A stretch of DNA of 64,000 bases. Source: an uncultured Thermotogae bacterium (GTDB taxonomy: Bacteria > Bipolaricaulota > Bipolaricaulia > UBA7950 > UBA9294). The stretch lies in the NCBI GenBank assembly GCA_964530075.1, contig CAZGXU010000001.1, positions 11,288-75,287 on the forward strand. Direction: 5' to 3'. The stretch's first letter is position 1, and every line of letters starts with the position of its first letter. Shown one piece after another: positions 55,477 through 64,000 of the stretch. The notes below the pieces were generated by a model. It worked only from the letters and a program-made list of their open reading frames with translations. It was not told where the DNA came from and searched no databases. The translations under genes and the position numbers were made by a program.

Positions 55477-56541
55477 TCAACCGGCCAGGAGACGGCGGGC
55501 GAGGGCGACGGCGCCCTGTTCGGTGACCTGAGTCCCGAGCGGGGTCAGGCGGACCTCGGGCGGGACGACGTTGAGGTGTCGGCGCATCTCACGCTGAATC
55601 GGTTCGAGCAGCTCGGGGTGCGCCAGCGCGATCCCGCCGCCGACGGAGATGATCTCGGGATCGTAGGCGTTCGCGATCGCTGAGAACCCGAGACCCGCGG
55701 CGAAGGCCGCGTCGTCGATGACGGACCGCGCAACGGGATCCCCTTGTGCCGCCGCTTCGAAGACCAGCGCGGGAGTCAGTCGGTCGACGAGGGCCTCGAA
55801 CGCCGACGGCGCGTCAGCCCGGGCGAGAAGCCGGACCAGCTCGGATCCGCTCCGTCCGGCGTCCTCGAGGGCCAGTAGGCGCGCCCGAGCGTTTCCGACG
55901 ATCCCGGAGCCGGAGGCGTAGGCCTCGACGCACCCTCGATTTCCGCAACCACAGAGGAGGCCGTCCGCGCGGGCCACGATGTGGCCGAGCTCGCCCGCGT
56001 TGCCGTCCTTGCCGAGGACGAGGCGCCCTCCGTCCCACGCCCCGACACCGAACCCTGTGCTGATCGTGGCGTACGCGAGGTGAAGCGCCGACTTGTCCGG
56101 GGCGTCCCTCCCGAGGCCGTAGTAAACCTCGCCGAGGACGGCGCCGTTGCAGTCATTGAGGAGATCGACCGGGCAGGAGAACGCCCGACGCAAGGGATCG
56201 ACGAGCGGGATGAACCGCGGAAGCTCCCGGTGCGACTCGGCGAGACCGGCGGGGACGATGTTCGGCGGGCTCCACAGTCCGCCGTTTCGGATCGGACCGG
56301 CCGAGATGACGCCGATCGCTCCGAGCCGAGGCCGACGCAGGCCGGACAGCGCCGCGCGGAGCATCCGCACCAGCTGCTCCGAGAGCCCGCGGTAGGTGCT
56401 TCCCTCGGCGGTGTAATCGATCGAGCCGGACGCCGCGTCGGTCGATTCGACCGATCGCTGGACCCGCCCGTCGGACGAATCCGCCACGACGAGCGAGATC
56501 TTGGTCCCGCCGATGTCGAATCCCGCGATCACATCGAGCAT
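55477..56541 (-). CDS. ROK family sugar kinase (glucokinase / N-acetylglucosamine kinase-like)
   Basis: N-terminus MLDVIAGFDIGGTKI. Zinc motif CGCGNRGCVE. Confidence 0.8.
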   Translation of the reverse strand: MLDVIAGFDIGGTKISLVVADSSDGRVQRSVESTDAASGSIDYTAEGSTYRGLSEQLVRMLRAALSGLRRPRLGAIGVISAGPIRNGGLWSPPNIVPAGLAESHRELPRFIPLVDPLRRAFSCPVDLLNDCNGAVLGEVYYGLGRDAPDKSALHLAYATISTGFGVGAWDGGRLVLGKDGNAGELGHIVARADGLLCGCGNRGCVEAYASGSGIVGNARARLLALEDAGRSGSELVRLLARADAPSAFEALVDRLTPALVFEAAAQGDPVARSVIDDAAFAAGLGFSAIANAYDPEIISVGGGIALAHPELLEPIQREMRRHLNVVPPEVRLTPLGTQVTEQGAVALARRLLAG

Positions 56542-56653
56542 GTCGCCATCGTATCGGAAGCGCCGCCGTCGCACAACGACGCGGTTGCGGCCCGGCGGCA
56601 TCTTCTCGATAATCCTATCCAGGTCAGCGATACGGAAGGCAAGGGAGGAACGG

Positions 56654-57619
56654 ATGCATCACGCGGTGCTTCTCGCATGCGATCCGGGGGAGGGCCTTCG
56701 TCCGTTGACCGACAAGGACACGCCGACCGCCTTGTTGGCGCTCGGCGATCGGAGGACGCTCCTTCGACGGTCGATCGACCGACTCGTCGAATCGATCCCT
56801 GTCTGGAACGTATGGGTGATCGTGCGGCCGGAGCATCGAGCGCGCGCCGCGGCGGAGCTTGAAGGAGCGATTCACGTCGCCGTCGATTCGGGCGGGCCGG
56901 TCGGCTCCTTGGTCGCGGCCCTGTCGGAGATCGTCTCCTCGGAGGGCGGACCCGCGACGGTCCTCGTGCAGCCCGCGACGCACGTCGTCGCGGACGAGGT
57001 GGGATACCGGGAGCGCCTCGTTGCCGGTCTCGACGAGGCCTCGTCGAGAGGGACGGGTGTCTCGTTCACGGCCGCCAGCGGCGGGGGAGAGGAGGTCGCG
57101 ACGGGGATCCTGGCGTGGCCGGCCGACCGGCTTCGCGAGCGGCTCGCGGCGGTCGCGCGGGGCGGTCCGGCATCGATTCGCGAGGCGCTGTCGTCGCTCG
57201 TGGGTGGGTCAATCGCCGTGTCGCTAGGCGACGTCGGCTGGCTGGACGTCTCCGACTGGGAGTCGATTCGACGGCTGCTCGAGTACGTTGAGAAGCCGTG
57301 GGGGCACGAACGCCTGTGGGCGCTCAACCGGCACTACGCCGGGAAGGTCCTGTTCATCGAGGCCGGCGAGAGCCTGTCGCTGCAGTACCACGAGACGAAG
57401 GACGAGACGATCCGGATCGTCTCGGGGCGGATGCGGTTCCGAGCCGGGGCATCGGCCGACGCGCTCGAGACCGCGATCCTCGAACCGGGGATGAGCCGCG
57501 CCATTCCGCCACGCCTCTTGCACCAGATGGAGGCGCTCGAGGACTGCACCGTGATCGAGGTGTCGACCCCTCACCTGACGGACGTCGTCAGGCTCGAGGA
57601 TCGTTACGATCGGGCCTAG
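56654..57619 (+). CDS. mannose-1-phosphate guanylyltransferase-like protein with C-terminal cupin (ManC-type) domain; the N-terminal nucleotide-binding loop is degenerate
   Basis: AAGGGAGG RBS. The C-terminus LSLQYHETKDETIRIV...VIEVSTPHLTDVVRLEDRYDRA matches the ManC/PMI-II cupin. The N-terminal loop reads LLACDPGEGLRPLT where GGSGSRLWPL is expected. Confidence 0.7.
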   Translation: MHHAVLLACDPGEGLRPLTDKDTPTALLALGDRRTLLRRSIDRLVESIPVWNVWVIVRPEHRARAAAELEGAIHVAVDSGGPVGSLVAALSEIVSSEGGPATVLVQPATHVVADEVGYRERLVAGLDEASSRGTGVSFTAASGGGEEVATGILAWPADRLRERLAAVARGGPASIREALSSLVGGSIAVSLGDVGWLDVSDWESIRRLLEYVEKPWGHERLWALNRHYAGKVLFIEAGESLSLQYHETKDETIRIVSGRMRFRAGASADALETAILEPGMSRAIPPRLLHQMEALEDCTVIEVSTPHLTDVVRLEDRYDRA

Positions 57620-57628
57620 CGGCGCGAT

Positions 57629-58969
57629 TCAGCCGGCGGTCCGTCGAGCGATCGTCTCCTTGTACCACTCGAAGCTCGCCTTCGGGATGCGCGCGCCGGT
57701 CTCGAAGTCGACGTAGATCAGCCCGAACCGCTTCCGGAGGCCGTACGACCACTCGAAGTTGTCGAGGAGCGACCAGACGAAGTAGCCGCGAAGCGGAATC
57801 TCAGCGCCGACGATCCGGGCGGCTTGCGCGAGATGGCGCCGGAGGTACCAGACGCGCTCCCGGTCCTGCACCCGTCCCTCGCGGTCGATGGAATCCGGGT
57901 ACGCGACGCCGTTCTCTGTCACGTAGTAGCTCGGGAAGGCGTGGTCCCGATGGAGCCGATCGAACACCTCGTACAGGCCCTCGGGATACACCTCCCACCC
58001 CATGTCGGTCACCTCGCCTCGGGGACGGACCGCCTGCGGCGTGCCCTCGGGCCAGGCCGCCGCGCCGCCCCGTGCGACGTATCGGGTGTAGTAGTTCACG
58101 CCGAGGAAGTCGATCGGGACGGCGATCCGCTCGAGATCCCGCCCTCGGACGAACGAATCGAGGACGGAACGGTCGTACGGGACCTCGGCCGGGTATCCGC
58201 GTCCGGAGAGGGGATCGAGGAAGGTGCGGTTGAGCAGGCCGTCGAACCGCCGCGCGGCGAGCTCGTCGCGATCGCTCGGCGAGGCGGCGTGCACCGGGTG
58301 AAGCACGAGCGTGATCCCGACCTCCGCGCCCGGCGAGGCCTCGCGCAGGATCGGCACGCTCCGACCGTGCGCGAGGAGGAGGTGATGGGTCGCGGCCAGC
58401 GCTTCCGGCTCGCTCCGATGGCCCGGGGCGTGGCGCCCCTCATAATGGCCGACGAAGGCGCTGACGAACGGTTCGTTCAGCGTAATCCAGTCCTTGACGC
58501 GATCGCCCAGCCTCCGGGCGACGACCTCCGAGTACTCGCAGAAGGCCTCGACTGTGTCGCGCGCCGGCCACCCTCCTCGGTCCTGAAGCGCCTGCGGAAG
58601 ATCCCAGTGGTAGAGCGTCACGAACGGACGGATCCCGTTCTCCAACAGGCCGTCGACGAGGCGGTCGTAGAACGCCCATCCGGCCTCGTTGACGGGCCCG
58701 GTTCCGCGAGGCAAGACGCGGGGCCACGAGATCGAGAACCGGTAGGCGTCGAGGCCGAGATCCGACATCCATTCGACGTCCTCGCGCCAGCGATGGACGT
58801 GGTCGCAGGTGACGTCGCCGGCCGTCCCGTCCTCGATCGCCCCCGGTGCGCGGACGAACCGGTCCCAGATCGACTCCCCCTTGCCGTTCTCGTTCCACCC
58901 CCCTTCGATCTGATAGGCCGACGTCGCGGCCCCGAAAACGAAGCCCTCGGGGAAGCGAGCCCCGGTCAT
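57629..58969 (-). CDS. bglA: GH1 beta-glucosidase
   Basis: Start MTGARFPEGFVFGAATSAYQIEG overlaps the GH94 stop (ATGA). TLNEP acid/base motif and YVTENG nucleophile motif. The 290-codon upstream extension is junk. Confidence 0.9.
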   Translation of the reverse strand: MTGARFPEGFVFGAATSAYQIEGGWNENGKGESIWDRFVRAPGAIEDGTAGDVTCDHVHRWREDVEWMSDLGLDAYRFSISWPRVLPRGTGPVNEAGWAFYDRLVDGLLENGIRPFVTLYHWDLPQALQDRGGWPARDTVEAFCEYSEVVARRLGDRVKDWITLNEPFVSAFVGHYEGRHAPGHRSEPEALAATHHLLLAHGRSVPILREASPGAEVGITLVLHPVHAASPSDRDELAARRFDGLLNRTFLDPLSGRGYPAEVPYDRSVLDSFVRGRDLERIAVPIDFLGVNYYTRYVARGGAAAWPEGTPQAVRPRGEVTDMGWEVYPEGLYEVFDRLHRDHAFPSYYVTENGVAYPDSIDREGRVQDRERVWYLRRHLAQAARIVGAEIPLRGYFVWSLLDNFEWSYGLRKRFGLIYVDFETGARIPKASFEWYKETIARRTAG

Positions 58970-61419
58970 GAGGGGGCCCCCAGGGTGACGGTCACGCGGT
59001 GTGTCGCGCGATCGTCGAAGACCGGGAGGACGGAGCCGTCGATCTCCTCCCCGTCGACCCGGATCCCCCGGACGCCGCGCGCGACGCCGTCCGGATTCTC
59101 CACACGGATGTCGTAGGTCGCACCGCGAAACCGACGAACGACGCGGTACTCGCGGACGTCGGCGGGGACGCAGGGATCGATCTCCAGGCCGTCGAACGTC
59201 GGGCGCACCCCGAGGATCCATTGCGTCATGGCGACGTAGGCCCAGGAGGCCGTCCCCGTCAGCCACGAGTTCCTCGCCCGCCCGTGATCGCGGCCGTCGC
59301 GGCCGACGATCGTCTGAGCGTAGACGTACGGCTCGCATCGATGGATCTCGCTGATCCGCTCGCGCTTGGCCGGGTTGATCCGCAGCGCGTAGTCCCAGGC
59401 CCGATCCGCGCGGCCGAGGCGACACTCGGCGATCACCACCCAGGGATTCGTGTGACAGAAGACGCTCCCGTTCTCCTTGTATCCCGGGGGGTACGAGCTG
59501 ATCTCTCCCAAGTCCGGCCGGTACTTCGTGTAGGCCGGCTGGAGGAGCAGGATCCCGTGTTCGGTGGCCAGCCGCCGTTCGACGGCGTCGAGCGCCGATG
59601 TCGCCCTGCCGTCTTCGAGCCCGATCCCCGCCATCGGACAGATCGCCTGCGGTTCGATGAAGATCTGCCCCTCGCCGTTCTCGTGCGATCCGACCTTCTC
59701 GCCGGCCGCGTCGTACGCGCGGAGGAACCACCCGCCGTCCCATCCGTGCCGATCGACCGCGGCGCGCATCGCGCCGATCGCCGTCCGGAGCCGCCGCTCC
59801 GCGGCCGCGTCGCCCCGTCGACGGGCGATCTCCGCGAGGTCGTCGCATGCGATGCAGAACAGGCCGGCGATGAACACGGATTCGGCCGTGTCTCCGTCCC
59901 GGATCGGCGCGGTCTGAAACGGCTCGTCCGGGTCGCGCGAATGGCTGTTCAGATTGAGGCAGTCGTTCCAGTCGGCCCGTCCGATCAGCGGGAGTCCGTG
60001 AGGCCCGAGCCGATCCAAGGTGTAGCCCGCCGCTCGGATGAGGTGGTCGTAGAGCGGCTCGCTCGTCCGACGATCGTCACCGTAGGCAACCGATTCGTCG
60101 AGGACCGACCAGTCCCCGGTCTCCTTCAGGTACGCAGCCGTCGCGTGAATCAGCCACAGAGGGTCGTCGTTGAAACCGGTCCCGATGGTGTCGTTCCCCT
60201 GCCGCGTCAGCGGCTGGTACTGGTGATACGCGCCGCCCGAAACGAGCTGCGTCGACGCGAGGTCGAGAATCCGTGCGCGAGCCTTCTCCGGGATCATGTG
60301 GACGGAGCCGAGCAGGTCCTGATTGGCGTCCCGGAACCCGATGCCCCGACCGATCCCCGATTCGTACCGCGAGGCGGAGCGGGACACGTTGAACGCGACC
60401 GCCGATTGATACGCGGTCCACGTGTTGATCATCCGGTCGACATCCGGCTCGGGCGTCGCCACCTGAAGCGCGGACAGCCGCCGATCCCAATTGGCGCGGA
60501 GGCGCTCGAGCGCCTCGTCGACCACGTCCGCTCGGAGGTACCGCTCGATCGTCCGCCGGGCGCCGTCCATGTCCGGCGATTCTCCGCCGGGGCCGCGCGG
60601 CGTCTCGCGGCGGTCCTCGTGGTACCCGAGCAGGAAGATGACGCGCTTCGACGCGCCCGGCCAAAGGTCGAGACGAACGTGATGAACCCCGACGGGGAAG
60701 CCGCCGACTTCGAGCGAGTTCGAGGTCTCCCCCCGTGCGACGGCCACCGGCTCGTTCCATCCGCGGTAGGGCCCGAGGAACGCGTCGCGTTGCGTCTCGA
60801 ACCCGGCGAGCGGCTCCGAGCAGGCGAAGGTCGCGAAGTGGTTTCGCCGCTCGCGATACTCGGTCTTGTGGACGATCACCCCCGCCTCGACGGCTACCTC
60901 CCCGATGTTCAGATTGCGCTGGAAGTTGGTCGCGTCCTCGAGCGCGTTCCAGAGGCAGAATTCGACTGCCGAGTACAACGAGAGCCGAGCCGGTTCGTCC
61001 CGGCAATTGGTGAGCCTCATCGACCAGATCTCGAGCGTCTCGTCGAGCGGAACGAAGTACGTCGTCTCCGCGTCGATCCCGACGTAGGACGCTCCGATCA
61101 CCGTGTACCCCAGGCCGTGTCGGCACGAGTAGCCCTGGAGATCTCTCCGCGTCGGCTGCCACGTCGGCGACCAGTACGTGCCGTCCTCCTCGTCGCGGAC
61201 GTACACGTACCTCCCGTTTCCGTCCACAGGGACGTCGTTGTAGCGATACCGGGTCAGCCGACGAAGGCGCGCGTCGCGATAGAAGGAGTAGCCGCCCGCT
61301 GTGTTGGAGATGATCCCGACGAACGCGTCGCCCCCGAGGTAGTTGATCCACGGGAGAGGCGTGTCCGGTCGGACGATCACGTACTCCCTCCGCCGATCGT
61401 CGAAGTGGCCATACCTCAT
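58966..61419 (-). CDS. GH94 cellobiose/cellodextrin phosphorylase
   Basis: Start MRYGHFDD. ...PWINYLG...ISNTAGGYSFYRDARLRRLTRYRYN... is typical of cellobiose phosphorylase. About 817 aa. Confidence 0.9.
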   Translation of the reverse strand: MRYGHFDDRRREYVIVRPDTPLPWINYLGGDAFVGIISNTAGGYSFYRDARLRRLTRYRYNDVPVDGNGRYVYVRDEEDGTYWSPTWQPTRRDLQGYSCRHGLGYTVIGASYVGIDAETTYFVPLDETLEIWSMRLTNCRDEPARLSLYSAVEFCLWNALEDATNFQRNLNIGEVAVEAGVIVHKTEYRERRNHFATFACSEPLAGFETQRDAFLGPYRGWNEPVAVARGETSNSLEVGGFPVGVHHVRLDLWPGASKRVIFLLGYHEDRRETPRGPGGESPDMDGARRTIERYLRADVVDEALERLRANWDRRLSALQVATPEPDVDRMINTWTAYQSAVAFNVSRSASRYESGIGRGIGFRDANQDLLGSVHMIPEKARARILDLASTQLVSGGAYHQYQPLTRQGNDTIGTGFNDDPLWLIHATAAYLKETGDWSVLDESVAYGDDRRTSEPLYDHLIRAAGYTLDRLGPHGLPLIGRADWNDCLNLNSHSRDPDEPFQTAPIRDGDTAESVFIAGLFCIACDDLAEIARRRGDAAAERRLRTAIGAMRAAVDRHGWDGGWFLRAYDAAGEKVGSHENGEGQIFIEPQAICPMAGIGLEDGRATSALDAVERRLATEHGILLLQPAYTKYRPDLGEISSYPPGYKENGSVFCHTNPWVVIAECRLGRADRAWDYALRINPAKRERISEIHRCEPYVYAQTIVGRDGRDHGRARNSWLTGTASWAYVAMTQWILGVRPTFDGLEIDPCVPADVREYRVVRRFRGATYDIRVENPDGVARGVRGIRVDGEEIDGSVLPVFDDRATHRVTVTLGAPS

Positions 61420-61606
61420 TGGCTCGCTCCGTCGATCGGCGGGGTTTCGAATCGCGGCAGCGGAAGCTCGAGGGAGAAGGATCGACGCGGGGCTGGGAGC
61501 CTCGGTGAGCACCGATCCGCGGCGATCGGACACACGGTTCGTCCGTGCGCATGGGCTGCGCAGCGGGCGGACGCGTCTTGGCTCGTCGGTCTGAGCATGG
61601 GTAAGA

Positions 61607-62626
61607 TTACCGCGACCCGCAGGATCCGCGAACGACCAGCTCGGTCGGGAGAACGAACCGCTGCGTCGACGGCCTCCCCCCGGCCGCCTCTCCGTCGATC
61701 AGGCTGATCAGCGTTTCGACCGCAAGCTGGCCGATCCGCTCGATCGGTTGCCGTACGGTCGTCAGTTCCGGATCGATCGTCAACGCGGAGGGAACGTCGT
61801 CGAAGCCGACGACGGCGACGTCCTCGGGGACGCGAAGGCCCACCGTCCGGATCGCCTTGATCGCACCGATCGCCATCGAGTCGCTCGCCGCGAAGACGGC
61901 CGTCGGCTCCTCGGGCAGGAGCCTCATCATAGCCGCCCGCCCGCCTGCCTCTGTGAAGTCTCCCTCGGTCACCAGTCCGTCAGAGACAGGCAAGCGGTGC
62001 GTGCTCATCACGTCCCGGAATCCGTCGAGGCGGTCCTGCGCGGGCGTCATGTCGAGCGGTCCGCTGATCATCCCGATCCGCGTGTGCCCCAGTCGGATCA
62101 GATGCTCGGTCGCCATGCGGGCCCCCCCGGTGTTGTCGACATCGACGTAGTTCACCCGATCGTCCGGATGCCGCCCGATGTTGACGAACGGGATCCCTTC
62201 CTCGAAGAGGCTGGGGATCAACTTGTCGTCCAAAGAGGCGTTGGCCGCGATCACTCCATCGAGGTAACCGCTTCGAGCCACGCGATCGTGCATCACGCTC
62301 GATTCGACCGATGCGGTGAATAGGGAGAGGATCAAGTGATACTCACGCCGGTTGCACGCCTCCGTCGCGCCTCGGAGCATCAGCGGGAAATACGGGTCGG
62401 TGAACAGCTTCGTGACCGACTCGGGGACGACCATCCCGACGATGTTCGTCCGGTTGGTCGCCAGACTCCGCGCGACGGCGTGCGGGCGATAGCCGTACTT
62501 CTCGATCGCGGCCTCGACGCGGGCGCGGGTCGTCGCGCTCACGTTCGGGTGATTGTTGATGACGCGGGAGACGGTGGAGCGTGAAACACCCGCGTGTTTT
62601 GCGACTTCATCGAGCGTCCGTGGCAT
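61607..62626 (-). CDS. LacI family transcriptional regulator
   Basis: Start MPRTLDEVAKHAGVSRSTVSRVINN (HTH). Periplasmic-binding-fold C-terminal domain. Confidence 0.85.
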   Translation of the reverse strand: MPRTLDEVAKHAGVSRSTVSRVINNHPNVSATTRARVEAAIEKYGYRPHAVARSLATNRTNIVGMVVPESVTKLFTDPYFPLMLRGATEACNRREYHLILSLFTASVESSVMHDRVARSGYLDGVIAANASLDDKLIPSLFEEGIPFVNIGRHPDDRVNYVDVDNTGGARMATEHLIRLGHTRIGMISGPLDMTPAQDRLDGFRDVMSTHRLPVSDGLVTEGDFTEAGGRAAMMRLLPEEPTAVFAASDSMAIGAIKAIRTVGLRVPEDVAVVGFDDVPSALTIDPELTTVRQPIERIGQLAVETLISLIDGEAAGGRPSTQRFVLPTELVVRGSCGSR

Positions 62627-62947
62627 GGGTACCTCCGTGGAAGCGCTCTCAAGCCTACCATGAGAAGCCGTGCCTGTCAATCCCTCGATCTCGTCCTTTC
62701 CGTCCGTCGACGCGGCGCCCCTCTTCCGAACGTGCAGGCGTCCGCCCCGTCAGTCGCGTTCCCCCATCGGACGGCGGCCGAATGCGAGGGGCATGGCGAG
62801 GAGGGATTCGGGGCGCTATGGGAGCGGTGCCAGAATGCTTGAAATAACCAAATGTCCCTAAAATACTGGATTACGTGATGACAGACAAGGAGAGGAAGAC
62901 AAAAGGAGACGTTGGATCGAGCGGATCCTTCTGACGTTCTACGGCTT

Positions 62948-62970
62948 CTGAACGCGAAAATGCCGTTCAG
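62948..62970. promoter_or_regulatory. inverted repeat CTGAACG-N9-CGTTCAG, with additional CGTTC/GAACG half-sites and GGATC-N5-GATCC nearby; candidate operator
   Basis: Read from the sequence. It lies in the AT-rich 620-bp region between lacI and the SBP gene, just upstream of a TTGACA-17-TATGGT promoter. Confidence 0.3.
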
Positions 62971-62989
62971 AATAGATATAACTTGTTCC

Positions 62990-63018
62990 TTGACAGCCGG
63001 GCTGTTTCGTGCTATGGT
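62990..63018 (+). promoter_or_regulatory. sigma70-type promoter TTGACA-17-TATGGT, preceded by an AT-rich UP-like tract (AATAGATATAAC)
   Basis: Perfect -35, 17-nt spacer, 4/6 match at -10. About 280 nt upstream of the SBP ATG. Confidence 0.4.
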
Positions 63019-63297
63019 TGGAAGCGCTTCCAGGGAGGCCACATTGGACCGAACACCTGAATCCGCCACAGTTATAGCTCCGGTAGCCCAACCCGCAGTT
63101 CCCCATCCAACGGTAGGTCGTCTTGCCATTCCAAGAGGAAAATCGGCTCTCGCGGGTCCCACGATCTCGGCGACCAGTGAGCGTCCCTGCGAACGTCTCC
63201 ACTAGATGATCGGAATCTCGTCTCGGGGGTGATGCGGACAGAGAGAGAACGGCGGCAGAAGGCGAGCGACATAAGGGAAGGAGCAAAGGGAGGCTAT

Positions 63298-64000
63298 ATG
63301 TGGTCGAGGAGTAGGAGCGCTATCAGCATCCTGGTGTTGATGTTGTTGTCTGTCGGAGTGATCGGCGCGCTGGCTGTCGGGCAGGTCTTCGAGCGGAGCG
63401 AAACCCTCTACGTCAGCGGAGCGGCGTGGGGCCCGCCGTCGACCTGGAATCCGTTCCAACCGGGAAACCTTGCCAACACGACGGGAACGCTCGGGCTCTG
63501 CTATGAGACGCTGTTCAACTACGATCCGCTGACCGACGAGCTGATCCCGTGGCTTGCGGAGAGCGGGGAATGGATCGCCGACAATGTCTACGAGCTGACG
63601 CTCAGGCGAGGCCTCACGTGGAGCGACGGTACGCCGCTCACGGCCGCCGATGTCGTGTTCACCTTCGAGCTGGGCAAGGATTACCCCGCGATCTGGTTCA
63701 GCCCGATGTGGGCATACCTGGACAACGTGGTCAACATCGGCGACTACATCGTGCAATTCAACTTCACGGACCCCCTCTACCAGGAATTCGACAACAACCT
63801 CTACAACATCCCGATCGTCCCCAAGCATCTGTGGGAGGGGAGGACGGAAGAGGAGATCACCATCGGGGCCAACGAGAATCCTATCGGCTCGGGGGCGTAC
63901 CTGTACGAGTCTCACAGCTCGGACAGGAACATTTGGGTGAGAAACGAGAACTGGTGGGCGATCGACGAGCTCGGCCTGATGCCTGCACCGAAGCGGATCG
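63298..64000 (+). CDS. ABC transporter substrate-binding protein, family 5 (oligosaccharide/peptide type); 3' end outside the window
   Basis: ATG with AAAGGGAGG RBS. Signal peptide MWSRSRSAISILVLMLLSVGVIGALA. SBP_bac_5-like N-terminal region (TLYVSGAAWGPPSTWNPFQ...). Open to the window end. Confidence 0.8.
   Translation, partial: MWSRSRSAISILVLMLLSVGVIGALAVGQVFERSETLYVSGAAWGPPSTWNPFQPGNLANTTGTLGLCYETLFNYDPLTDELIPWLAESGEWIADNVYELTLRRGLTWSDGTPLTAADVVFTFELGKDYPAIWFSPMWAYLDNVVNIGDYIVQFNFTDPLYQEFDNNLYNIPIVPKHLWEGRTEEEITIGANENPIGSGAYLYESHSSDRNIWVRNENWWAIDELGLMPAPKRI

Noticed and set aside
62677-63162. 161-aa minus-strand ORF inside the AT-rich lacI-SBP intergenic region
   Set aside because: No RBS. 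Composition unlike real proteins here. It spans the predicted promoter and operator region.

Overview
This is a high-GC (about 68-70%) bacterial chromosomal window that is densely coded, with many ATGA/GTGA start-stop overlaps typical of operons. I found no CRISPR array, transposase, integrase or phage genes. Going left to right, the main content is as follows. (1) The C-terminal part of an LplA-family ligase, a DUF501 protein, and a large secreted protein with VWA, RTX calcium-binding repeats and PKD-like repeats. (2) An RsmF-like RNA m5C methyltransferase split across two reading frames, then suhB. (3) A fatty-acid synthesis operon, plsX-fabH-fabD-fabG-acpP, with a tRNA-Leu(GAG) where rpmF would normally sit. 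(4) A membrane-anchored VWA protein. (5) An operon of a group-3 sigma factor, a small protein and an SDR oxidoreductase. (6) A cell-envelope thiol-redox operon: DUF1573 plus two rhodanese domains, then a thioredoxin-CcdA/DsbD fusion, then a small thioredoxin-like protein. (7) Orphan hydrogenase maturation genes hypB-hypA-hypF. (8) A LemA-DUF2207-DUF922 operon. (9) A serine-pathway cluster: a class-V aminotransferase, serA and DUF1015. (10) A secreted beta-rich protein translationally coupled to a sigma-factor paralog that lacks region 4, followed by a PKD lipoprotein. (11) A cytoplasmic RdhA/QueG-family protein and a YcaQ-type winged-helix protein. (12) A complete hopanoid cluster, polyprenyl synthase-hpnH-hpnG-shc-ispH-yjbQ-hpnC-hpnD-hpnE, flanked by a histidine kinase with two LuxR-type response regulators and by dxr. 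(13) A GAF protein and a 1346-aa protein with two complementary class III nucleotide cyclase domains, an AAA/STAND domain and TPR repeats. (14) A large surface protein with a beta-helix domain and SprB-like repeats, then htrA. (15) A sugar utilisation locus: ROK kinase, manC-like, GH1 beta-glucosidase, GH94 cellobiose phosphorylase, LacI regulator, an AT-rich 620-bp leader, and a family-5 ABC substrate-binding protein that runs off the window. The most unusual items are the region-4-less sigma paralog coupled to a secreted protein, the envelope thiol-redox operon, and the tandem cyclase that looks like a single-chain pseudo-heterodimer.
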